64,000 bases of DNA from Macrostomum hystrix. Taxonomy: Eukaryota > Animalia > Platyhelminthes. This document shows positions 50,133-62,000 of this stretch, piece after piece (position 1 is the first letter of the stretch; each line of letters starts with the position of its first letter). The notes under the pieces are model-generated. The model did not search any database. It saw only the letters and a list, made by a program, of their open reading frames with translations, and was not told the origin of the DNA. The position numbers and the translations under genes are program-made. The stretch spans positions 17,298,001 through 17,362,000 of the forward strand of contig CATNEN010000038.1 of the NCBI GenBank assembly GCA_950097015.1, in the 5' to 3' direction.

Positions 50133-53100
50133 AAGCAACTAATTTATATAGCTCTAGCTGTAGCTAATGCTAGACTATCAGTTCTATAATTTATTCTATG
50201 GATCGATCTAGGTTTAGGATCGCCTTGAGAAGCGCCATCTACTGCTGTACATGTAGATTGCAGTGCAATAGTACGTAATATTAGCTAAAGCAATGCATAC
50301 TGTATATATAATACTCGTATATACTCTTCTGTACAGGCAGAATTGAGTGCAGAGCACACAAAACTTTACTTTATAATCATGTGTGTGCACGGCCTACATG
50401 CAAAGCGTATAGCATTGTGGGCGGAGCACAAAGGTGATGCTATATGTCAGCGCCTCATCCTAATTATTGTATGGCTCAACTGCGTGGACCTCATCCAAAA
50501 GAAGAATGAAAACAGCTTACCGGACAGCCAAAATCTGAGCACAATCCGCTTCAAATCAATATTAGTTCTTTTAAAATCTAAAGTTATTCTGCAGTCAATC
50601 AAAAGAGCTATAATTATTCCTGTGCATTGTGTTTGCTTATAATGCCAGAGCACAGGTTAAACAGCACGCGATGCTATAAAGTAGTTAAAATTGTAGAGAA
50701 ACTGCTCACTCCTAAGAAACTACTCAGAAAACCACTCTATGATCCAAAAAGGTGCATTTTGCAATTTTTATGCTTTTAACAAGAATATTGTGTTAATGAT
50801 TATGAGTTGAACTGATTAATTAACCAAAATATAAATTCAAGCAATTCTAACTATTCCAATTCCAATTGACTGGTTCACTTGGCCAATCTTATTGGCCTAA
50901 TTACGGAGAATTTTTACGTTTAATGAATTCATTTATATACTATACGACATGCACTATTATAGTAGAACATAGGAATAAAGGAAATTCTAATTATCTGGGC
51001 GAGGTCTACGGGTGTATCTTAGTATTATTCAATACTTATAAATGTACAGTAGTAAGAGGTGTGTATTTTTATCCCCATGGAAGTAGGGCTGCATGGCGCA
51101 GAACAGTAAATAAAAAACAGTTAAAAACTCCCACTTGACTCACACTTGATTCCCTGCTAGAGGGCTTGAAATACAAGCGAGGAAGGCTTCGTTTTCCTAG
51201 TCAAGACTTAAATCAAGACGCAAGTAGTAGCACAAATTATCCTTCTAGTTTAAGGGACTCGTTATAAGGAAAAAACGGTAAATTATTCAATTTTAAGGAA
51301 TGTTTTACTCAAAAAAAGTTTCGAGTACTATGCTTGGCTTTGAATCTGTAGAATCAGTAACCTAGTGATCATGTAAGTAAAGATTTTTGTTTTAAATTTG
51401 TTTAAAAAAGGTAATAACTTAAAGTTAAAAAATTATTCTTTAAGTACAATCAATCACAATCTCAAACAACGATAAACGAGTTCTACAATTCAAGCCTATG
51501 TTTGATTACATATAGTAATGTGTTTATCTCAATTGTAAACTAAAATAAAGGGCATATATGTTCAGTCAACAATTTGCGGCTTTTTGAAAATATCAAGCCA
51601 GGCATTACTTTAATCAAGATTTATAGTCCCTTTTGCTGTTGCCTATTGGCTCTTCTATCAGAGTCAAGACCAGTTATTTTTCATATTCAAAAGGCAACAT
51701 AACGCTGAACGGAAACTTTAATGTAAAGTAATAAAAATAAAATTGCATTTAGTTAATCTAATTATCTCTAGCTTTGCAGCAGTATGCCAGTGATAAGGCA
51801 GGAGGGTTGGATTTTTAAATAATCCTGTAAAAATAAAAGAGAAGTTGAATTAAAATAAAAACTACAAGTATGAAATCCTCTTTGAAAAATTATTTATGGC
51901 AAAAAGGTATTTCATAGTTAGGCCTATAGTTTAGTTTATCAAATTCAAATAAAAAATATGTTTTCTTGTTTTGTTTCACATCAACAAAGTATTGTTTCAC
52001 TGTCACTGTCTTTTAGACTTCATGTTAAAATATAAAAATGCAATTGTTTTTCGTCTTTTAAGACTCTTATATAGCTATTTCTTGACTTGATACTATCACA
52101 AGCATAAGAACCTAGAGCATTATAATCTAAGCCCTAAAAGTCACTTAACTTTTTTCACTCTTCAAGTTTAACTGACTTTAACTAACTTCTTGAACTTAAA
52201 TCCTATAAAATAGTTCCCGTTTTAGTAGGCATATAAATCTATGTCTTAAAGTAACTTTTGGGTGTGTTTATCTATATGATGATTTAATCTGAGTTATAAA
52301 AGAAAGCCATTTTGTTCCATCTACAACTCCAAAACCACTTCCAATGGAATGGCTTCCCCATAATAGGATGGCCACACTTTGATTTTATTATATTAAAGTT
52401 CAAGAAGCCCAAGTGACATTTAACTAACTAGCAATTAACCTTGATTAATAGCCTATATAGAACTAGGGATGGTCTGAAGGCAGATTTCAATTAAAATTAA
52501 GATTGAAGTACATCAATTAGGGCCTATACTAAAAATGAATCTATAGGCCTATGTATGTGTTAATTTAATGAATATAGAAAAGTGGTCTTCTCATTGTTCT
52601 AGCATTGTCCAAGTTTTAGAATTATTTCTCTGGTCACAATTATTTTCACAAACATTTTCTGTGTGTCTCATGGAACACAAACTCAAATCAAATCTTTGTG
52701 TCAATCAATCAATCTAGAATCAATCATTCTAGATTTCTTCTTGTAATTTATTTTTACATTTTTGAAATTTGAAAATTTGAATATTAATTTTTGCTAGACT
52801 TAAGATAGGCCTAATGTAAATAAATCATATTTCATTCATCCTATTTAAGTTCTCTACTAGTAGTCCCCTGTAACCAATATATATTCCTTTTGCCAATTGT
52901 AGTGTTCCCATTTATGACAAAGCCACAAAATGTTTACCCCGCTCAATCCATGTACAGCAGAGCATACCTTATAATTTGCCACTGAGTTATATTTAGGTAA
53001 GCCACCTTAGGCAATCAACCTTAAAATCTCTTTTAAATTAAAATCAACTCCAATGTTACATTGTGATGTTCTTGGCTATGTATTTGGCAAATTATTTTAA

Positions 53101-53655
53101 TAGGATTTTATACACTGCACTTTTTTAATTAAAGTGCTTCAAACTAGTAGGTACAAAAATTGCTTATGTCTGTTAAAGATGTGTTGTCTAACTAAGTCTA
53201 CCTAATCAGACCAATGTTCAGATGTATACTAGAAGGTGTAATATTACTATTCTGTTCTGTACTATTTTGGTACTAAGCACTACAAATATTTTGTTGCCAT
53301 TACGGTATCAGTTGAAATAGCCAATATGAGTCGGAACTTTTAATAGTACTTACACATTTCACATGTATCATTCATACATTTAAAATGTACATGTAATATC
53401 TATATTCTATACTCAAATTAAATTTTAGCATTTGTCAGAAGAAGTCAGAATTTTGTAATTCATAAGTCATAATCATCATATACATAAAAACACAAGTTGC
53501 TGATTATATTCCTAATGTTAAAAAAAGCCAAAATCCTAAATACAATTGTTAAATATTGATTCCCTGACAATAAAGCATAACTTAAACTACAGATCGCAAG
53601 CTGGTGCATTGTCCAACTTTAAAGAAAAAGCTTTGCAACTGTGCATATGAGATAA

Positions 53656-54312
53656 ATGGAGAAGATTTTTCAACTTAGCAAACAGACAGCATTTCGTGAT
53701 AAAGTGTTTCGACTAGTTCAATATGCCAGTCGTTTGCTGTCACATCTTATTGAGGGCAGACCAAATTGTGATGGCAATCTTCAAGCTAGGCAGGAACTGT
53801 TGTCTAAGCTAACTAAATTGGAGGTTCATTTGAGCACAGCTAGAAAACTGCTCAGATTAGGCAATAGCGCCGAGTCGCTTTACTCGGCATTGCGCAGTCT
53901 GCACTTGAAAGACGAAGTGCACAGATTCACCACCACAATGTCCAGGATAGCTTCGGCAATTTTTCTACTGATTGATCACTGGCTTTGGTTAGGTAGAGTC
54001 GGCCTAGCTCAAGTTGACAAAGCTAAATGGAGCTCGCTCAGTAATCGATTCTGGTTGCTATCAATCTTATTGGGTCTGGTTCGCGATGTCTACGATATCA
54101 ATAGGCGCTGTGAAATTGGTGGCTTACCAGCTGCAATCTCAGATCAGCCACTGATGTTGGACACATTGAGAAACTCTTGCGACCTATTTTTACCGGCGGC
54201 CTCGTTAAACTATGTCAACTTGTCGCCTGGCGTTCAAGGCTTCTTTGGCCTGGTGTCTTCTGCTCTGGCTTTGGCCGCAATTGTTCGGCCATCTTTGAAA
54301 CTGTTGCCTTAG
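53656..54312 (+). CDS. PEX11: Peroxisomal membrane protein 11 (peroxin-11)
   Basis: Intronless 218-aa ORF with PEX11 motifs RDKVFRLVQYASRLL, LEVHLSTARKLLRLG, DHWLWLGRVGL, RFWLLSILLGLVRD, DTLRNSCDLFLP, GFFGLVSS. Confidence 0.95.
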   Translation: MEKIFQLSKQTAFRDKVFRLVQYASRLLSHLIEGRPNCDGNLQARQELLSKLTKLEVHLSTARKLLRLGNSAESLYSALRSLHLKDEVHRFTTTMSRIASAIFLLIDHWLWLGRVGLAQVDKAKWSSLSNRFWLLSILLGLVRDVYDINRRCEIGGLPAAISDQPLMLDTLRNSCDLFLPAASLNYVNLSPGVQGFFGLVSSALALAAIVRPSLKLLP

Positions 54313-54424
54313 CATGTTGGCTTATTTTTAATGTTTAGAGACAATTCCTATTATTAAAAAAGTTTTGTTTGTCCTCGAGAAAAGCTTTTTGATTTTCGAA
54401 TTAAGGTCAATCTATCAAAGTAGC

Positions 54425-54860
54425 ACTCAAACCAGAGAATCTGGAATGGCTGCTCAAACCAGAGGATCTGGGATGGCTGCTCAAACCAGAGAATCTGGAA
54501 TGGCTGCTCAAACCAGAGGATCTGGGATGGCTGCTCAAACCAGAGGATCTGGGATGGCTGCTCAAACCAGAGGGTCTCTGAGATGGATGGCTGCTCAAAC
54601 CAGAGGATCTGGATGAATGGCTGCTCACACCAGAGTATCTGGGATGGCTGCTCAAACCAGAGGATCTGGGATGGCTGCTCAAACCAGAGGATCTGGGATG
54701 GCTGCTCAAACCAGAGGATCTGGATGAATGGCTGCTCACACCAGAGTATCTGGGATGGCTGCTCAAACCAGAGGATCTGGGATGGCTGCTCAAACCAGAG
54801 GATCTGGATGAATGGCTGCTCAAACCAGAATGTCTGAGTCTCTGAGATGCTGCTCAAAAT
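54425..54860. repeat. Minisatellite, 27 bp unit GCTCAAACCAGAGGATCTGGGATGGCT
   Basis: Tandem array just downstream of PEX11. Confidence 0.95.
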
Positions 54861-55259
54861 TGAACATCTGCATTCTGCAGGAAGGTCAGTCGAACCAAAA
54901 TTTCTGAGGTCTAACTTACGATTTTCTAGAATTTAAGCCTCATGTCAACCCAATCAAGATTTTTAAGTTTATGTTTATTATGTTTCTATTTCGTTTAAAT
55001 GCTCTTTCAGAGTTGATTCGTTTTAAAATCTATATTTAAAGTACTGAGCAACATAGGAAACAGTGAATAATACTGCGAATGGCGTGTGTTTTTACCAATT
55101 TTAAAGAAACCCCTTTATTGTAGTTTTTTACTGTTTTATATCTAGTTATTTACTAAAGTTGATTTGATGCATATTCTTTTTGATTTTTAAAGATTGCATC
55201 TTTGACTTTTTATTTATTTAGTACTAAAAATTCACCTAATTTTACTAGCTAAGCATTAT

Positions 55260-55765
55260 CTCCATCCAACTGTGTACACACCCATAGCAACCTCCCATCC
55301 AATTAGGTTCACACCCATTACAACCTCTCATCTAGCTGTGAACACACCGATTGCATCCTCTTATCTAGCTGTGTACAGACCCAGTACATTGTCTTATCCA
55401 GCTGTGTACACACCCAGCACATCCTCCTATCCAGCTGTGTACACACACAGCACATCCTCCTATCCAGCTGTGTACAGACCCAGCACATCCTCCTATCCAT
55501 CTGTGTACACACCCAGCACATCCTCCTATCCAGCTGTGTACACACCCAGCACATCCTCCTATCCATCTGTGTACACACCCAGCACATCCTCCTATCCATC
55601 TGTGTACACACCCAGCACATCCTCCTATCCATCTGTGTACATACTCAGCACATCCTCCTATCCATCTGTGTACATACTCAGCACATCCTCCTATTCAGCT
55701 GTGTACATACTCAGCACATCCTCCTATTCAGCTGTGTACAAACCCAGCACATCCTCCCACCCAAA
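55260..55765. repeat. Minisatellite, 33 bp unit CTGTGTACACACCCAGCACATCCTCCTATCCAG
   Basis: Tandem array. Confidence 0.93.
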
Positions 55766-56013
55766 CTGCATCAGACTTTAAAAAAAAATATATTTTCTGT
55801 CATGTCATTCTTGAACAAGCACACAAATGTTCTAAAATTTTTCCAGACTTTCAAATCCCCGGCGCTAACCGCCCGGCTTTAAAAGAGAGCTGCGGCAATC
55901 GTGGCTTCTCTGAATAGTAATAAGCAATAAAATAACAAAAACTAATTACACTTTCAATCGGATCTGAGGTCAGTTGACTTTACGCTGATCTGGTTCTTGT
56001 TTCTTTGGATTTT

Positions 56014-59000
56014 ATGCTTCGCCAGCATAGTCGCCACAGCCGAAAGCAGCAGCAGGAGAAGCAGCAGCAGCAGCAGCAAGAAATAAGCAAGCAAAAGTTA
56101 TCCAAAAGGATTCTTCGATCCGCCAATCGAGCTGCAGCAGCCGTTAAGCCTGCCAAGGTGCTAGCGGCATCAACTATTTATTGCGATTTAGATCGGCCAA
56201 AATCCATCTGCACTAAATCTTTTCGATTGGCCCTGCTAGCCGCTGTTGGCTATTCGGACGCTTTAAACAATAATAAGAGCTTTCGAACTTATAATTCGCC
56301 CCAGATTGGTCTAATCAAGTGTGAGCATTGCGGCTATCTGGGCCTCGAACGAACAGCCTGCAGTAGCTGCTGTGGCTATCTAATGCCAGAAGCTACTAAA
56401 GCCGCTTCTGCTACTGCCCGCAATAGTAGTATAATGATTAGTGCCAAAACTACTAAGCGAAAATCGGCTAAAACTGCCGCTGCCGGCGCTGCTGCGGGCG
56501 CCACTGCAGCCTCCGCTGCGTCAGCTGGCGCATCAGCGTCTGCGCCAGCCAACGCCGCCGCGGCCGCGGGTCGTCTAGCTCATCAGAATCCTTCGCAGCA
56601 GAATACAAAGAAGTTGACACCTGCTACAACGACGCCATTCACTTTGTCGGCGAATAGTGCAGCAAAGCCAATGCCCGACTGTATTAGAGCCGGCGCTGCG
56701 CTTAGCGCCGATATTCAACGATTCCTAGCCACTCGTGGCAGTGTCTTAGCAGCGCCAGCAGCAGCTAGGCAGCACCCGCCTGCTGCGCTCAGTTCTAGTC
56801 AGACTCCGCTTACGGCTGCGTCGAATGCTTCGCAACAGCATCGACTTCCTAATACTGGGTGAGTTGACAACCCGTTTTCTATAAAAAATAATTTGGTGAA
56901 TTTCTGAAAGGCTACAAACTCATATTCAGACTGCCAATGTACATTCACACCACAAATGTACATTCAGACTACCAATGCACATTCACACCACCAATGTACA
57001 TGCACACCACCAATCTACATTCAGACTACCAATGTACATTCACACCACCAATGTACATTCAAACTACCAATGTACATTTAGACTTAACAATGTGCATTCA
57101 AGCTATGCATGTACGTTCAGACTATCAATGTACATTCAGATTTCCGTTCTATATTTAGATTCAATGTTACATTCAGACCGATAATGTACATTCAGACAGT
57201 TAATGTAAATTTACACTGCGAACTTACTGTCTCAGAAAATATTACACACCACACCAAACCCTGTTGGACCAAATGTATCAACAATTGCCGAGCTGTGTAC
57301 AGGCTGTGTACAGATATTCATGAACTGCCTTGCAACCTTACGCAAATTTCTAGCCCAACTAATTAAAAATAACAAAGCACATGCTCACACACGAACTCAG
57401 GACTGCTTCGTTGGTGCGCCATCAACAAGCAGTTCCTACTGCCGCCTCATCTGCGACTGTGTCCTCCGCCGCCGTCAGCGCGACCTCTTTGATCAGCTTC
57501 GTCAAGCGGCCCCGACTGGAGCCGCACGCGGCCTCAACATCGTCGGCGCCAACTCCGAGAGCGTCACCAGCCGTCGTGTTGTCGGCGCCGTCCTCTGCTA
57601 GCGTTCGACCGCTAGTTGCTACCCAGTCTTTGTTGGGCAGTCCAGTGGTTGAGATGCCGCTAGATCAGGTTTGCATTGGCGGTTCCGCATTTCAAAAAGT
57701 CGACCCGCCGCACAATCTGTTAAAGGTGATTTGTCATTTTAACATTGAATTTCGATACATATCGGCTGCCCAGCTAACCAAATATTGAATCCTTGTTAAC
57801 TCAGGTCTACCGCGGCTTCACCCAGTTTAGTTTTCCTCGCTCAGTCGGCTGCGGCGGCGCTGGTGCCGCGCGCGGCAATAGGAAGCGCCGTCGACAGCGT
57901 CGCAGAGGCGACGACGATTTCGACGATGATCACGACGCTGAAGATGAAGATTATCTAGGCGACACCGACGACGAAGAAGTCGACTCAGACGACTCAGACG
58001 AAGAGGAGGAAGTTGACTATGCTCAAATTCACCTGCATCACAATCAGCTCAGCAAGGTGGCTTTCGGCAGCGAACCGACTTGTTTCGTTGGCTTCCGCCT
58101 ACGCTCGGCAGATTTTAGTCGGCGAATCTGTTGCGAGGCCGGCCTAGAGCCCGACGCGCTATCAGCGGCCGAGTCGCGCGATCTAGGCAAGAAATGGATT
58201 GTGCTAGTGTCCGATAATGAGCGAGACGATGAACTAAAACGTCTGTTCCAGTTCTATTCGGAGAAGAAAACTGAGAGTAACGCCAAATTTGATTTTGATC
58301 TACAATTTTTAAACAAAGTATCAGCCAGAGGCATGTTAGATAGCTGTCAGGAGGGCTTCTTCAATGAGCTAGTTGGTCAATTAGCGCCCGCCATGCCTAG
58401 TCAACCAGTTCTAGCTTCTTCTAGGCAGACAGCTTCCTCAGCTTCCATATCGGGCGCCGTTTTGTCTAGCGCCACTACTGCTAAACGCTTTCATTGTGCC
58501 AATTCTAATGCTATTACTACTATAAGTAGTAGTAATAGTGCTAATAGTAGTAGCAGCTCCGCAGCTAAATCAGCTGAAATCTATCAAAAAGTTGTTAATA
58601 GTAATCTAGCTATCGAGCTCATCGTTCAGCAGCAGCAGCAGCAAGCTGTGTCTGGAAATGGAGCACCTCATCTCGCTGATGCTTCATCATTGGACATTGC
58701 GCCCTTCCAGGTGAGATTCTGTGTCCTTAACCCTTCCGATTAAGTATCTAAGCCTGACCTAAAACCTTCCCATTGTTAAGTATCCAAGCCTGACCTAAAA
58801 CCTTCCCATTGTTAAGTATCCAAGCCTGACCTAAAATCTTCCCATTGTTAAGTATCTAAGCCTGACCTAAAACCATCCCATTGTGCAGTATCTAAGCCTG
58901 ACCTAAAACCTTCCGATTGTTAAGTATCTAAGCCTGACCGAAAACTTCCCATTGTTAAGTATCTAAGCCTGACCTAAAACCTTCCGATTGTTAAGTATCT

Positions 59001-62000
59001 AAGCCTGGCCTAAAACCTTCCCATTGTTAAGTATCTAAGCCTGACCGAAAACCTTCCGATTGTTAAGTATCTAAGCCTGACCGAAAACCTTCCGATTGTT
59101 AAGTATCTAAGCCTGACCGAAAACCTTCCAATTGTTAAGTATCTAAGCCTGACCGAAAACCTTCCAATTGTTAAGTATCTAAGCCTGACCGAAAACCTTC
59201 CGATTGTTAAGTATCTAAGCCTGACCGAAAACCTTCCGATTGTTAAGTATCTAAGCCTGACCTAAAACCATCCCATTGTGCAGTATCTAAGTCTGACCTA
59301 AAACCATCCCATTGTGCAGTATCTAAGCCTGACCTAAAACCATCCCATTGTTAAGTATCTAAGCCTGACCGAAAACCTTCCGATTGTTAAGTATCTAAGC
59401 CTGACCGAAAACCTTCCCATTGTTAAGTATCTAAGCCTGACCGAAAACCTTCCGATTGTTAAGTATCTAAGCCTGACCTAAAACCTTCCCATTGTTAAGT
59501 ATCTAAGCCTGACCTAAAACCTTCCGATTGTTAAGTATCTAAGCCTGACCGAAAACCTTCCGATTGTTAAGTATCTAAGCCTGACCGAAAACCTTCCAAT
59601 TGTTAAGTATCTAAGCCTGACCGAAAACCTTCCAATTGTTAAGTATCTAAGCCTGACCGAAAACCTTCCGATTGTTAAGTATCTAAGCCTGACCGAAAAC
59701 CTTCCGATTGTTAAGTATCTAAGCCTGACCTAAAACCATCCCATTGTGCAGTATCTAAGCCTGACCTAAAACCATCCCATTGTGCAGTATCTAAGCCTGA
59801 CCTAAAACCATCCCATTGTTAAGTATCTAAGCCTGACCGAAAACCATCCGATTGTTAAGTATCTAAGCCTGACCGAAAACCTTCCGATTGTTAAGTATCT
59901 AAGCCTGACCTAAAACCTTCCCATTGTTAAGTATCTAAGCCTGACCTAAAACCATCCCATTGTTAAGTATCTAAGCCTGACCTAAAACCTTCCGATTGTT
60001 AAGTATCTAAGCCTGACCGAAAACCTTCCGATTGTTAAGTATCTAAGCCTGACCGAAAACCTTCCCATTGTTAAGTATCTAAGCCTGACCTAAAACCTTC
60101 CGATTGTTAAGTATCTAAGCCTGACCTAAAACCTTCCCATTGTTAAGTATCTAAGCCTGACCTAAAACCTTCCGATTGTTAAGTATCTAAGCCTGACCGA
60201 AAACCTTCCGATTGTTAAGTATCTAAGCCTGACCTAAAACCATCCCATTGTGCAGTATCTAAGCCTGACCTAAAACCATCCCATTGTTAAGTATCTAAGC
60301 CTGACCGAAAACCTTCCGATTGTTAAGTATCTAAGCCTGACCGAAAACATTCCGATTGTTAAGTATCTAAGCCTGACCTAAAACCATCCCATTGTGCAGT
60401 ATCTAAGCCTGACCTAAAACCTTCCGATTGTTAAGTATCTAAGCCTGACCGAAAACCTTCCGATTGTTAAGTATCTAAGCCTGACCTAAAACCTTCCCAT
60501 TGTTAAGTATCTAAGCCTGACCTAAAACCTTCCCATTGTTAAGTATCTAAGCCTGACCTAAAACCTTCCCATTGTGCACTATCTAAGCCTGACCTAAAAC
60601 CTTCCGATTGTTAAGTATCTAAGCCTGACCTAAAACCTTCCCATTGTTAAGTATCTAAGCCTGACCTAAAACCTTCCCATTGTTAAGTATCTAAGCCTGA
60701 CCTAAAACCTTCCCATTGTGCACTATCTAAGCCTGACCTAAAACCTTCCCATTGTGCAGTATCTAAGCCTGTCCTAAAAGCAACCCATTGTTAAGTATCT
60801 AAGCCTGACCTAAAACCTTCCCATTGTGCAGTATCTAAGCCTGACCTAAAACCTTCCCATTGTGCAGTATCTAAGCCTGTCCTAAAAGCAACCCATTGTG
60901 CACTATCTAAGCCTGACCTAAAACCTTCCCATTGTGCAGTATCTAAGCTTTTAAGCCTCTAATCTAAGCCTAAGTGGGTGAGTGGCAGAGAGTGCTTAAC
61001 GCGTTTGCCTCTACCACTGAGGTCCCTGAGCTCGATTCCGCGGCGAGGCCACATTCATTTGGGCTGCAGTTCAGCCGCGGAGTGAGAAGGCTTGTGGCTT
61101 GTCTTGCAATTTACGCCCTTAAGGGCCAACCTCCAAGGCACAGTGATAGTGTACACTGCCTGACTATGAGAAAGTCGGGGCAGGTGTCCACACCTGTGCG
61201 AGCGATTGCCTGCGCACGTTATCTGTGTGCGTGTGTGCTCAGGAGTCAGCGAAATGGGCAGAATTGCCTCCTAGCTGGCTGCGGGTCTAGTGTCACGAAA
61301 TAATGTGCCATTGCCCGCAGCCCTCCTGCAATTATTATTATTGTAACCCTAGACCTAAATCCTTACGCCAACAGAATGACAGCTCCCAGGAGCAGCAACG
61401 GCAGCTGTCGGTGACGGCGTCAGTCCCAGACGGCGGAGTAATCGGGTCCAGCAACAGCAAGCCGCCGCCTCGCCTCACCGGCCAGGTGATAGAAAAGTTC
61501 AGCTATTCTCCAGGCGGATCGAACGGCATCACCATCACCAATGCCGACCTGATGTGTCTGAATCCGTGCGAATATCTGAATGATGTGGCTATTGATTTCT
61601 ACCTGAAATACATGTACCACGAGATACTGACGCCCGAGCAGCGCAAGGCTACGCACATTTTTAACTGCTTCTTTTTCAAACGGCTCAGCCAGAAATTGGA
61701 CCCGCCCCCGGCTGCTGATGAATCCGCGGCATCTCTGGCTATTCGCAGACACGACACAGTAGCCAAATGGACTAGAAAGGTTGACATCTTCTCGAAGGAT
61801 TTCATTCTCATTCCAATCAATGAGAATTGTCACTGGTTTCTAGCCGTGATCTGCTTCCCTTGGATGGTTGGCTCAGTCAGCTATTCCGGCTCAGCCGAAG
61901 CCAGCGTCAGCGAGAAGCTGCCTTTCGATTTCCGCATCACTCACGATGGCACCCTGCGTATGCCCTGTGTGCTCATGTTCGACAGCCTACTGGGCAGCAC

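Noticed and set aside
50337-50510. Cys-containing frame with an in-frame TGA (possible selenocysteine)
   Set aside because: No recognisable selenoprotein family, no SECIS found and no linked exons.
9513-55781. Long repetitive ORFs (e.g. 9539-10366, 13038-13940, 28932-29942, 40271-41278, 43613-44422, 48152-48562)
   Set aside because: They are read-throughs of stop-free minisatellites, open in several frames or strands, and mostly lie between clear splice sites.
58730-60960. 36-bp repeats resembling a CRISPR array (also the 29, 30 and 37 bp arrays)
   Set aside because: Units are head-to-tail with no unique spacers, there are no cas genes, and the context is a eukaryotic intron.
60976-61050. 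tRNA gene
   Set aside because: No clean cloverleaf; it continues into a shared 300-bp body and tail, so it is a SINE head.
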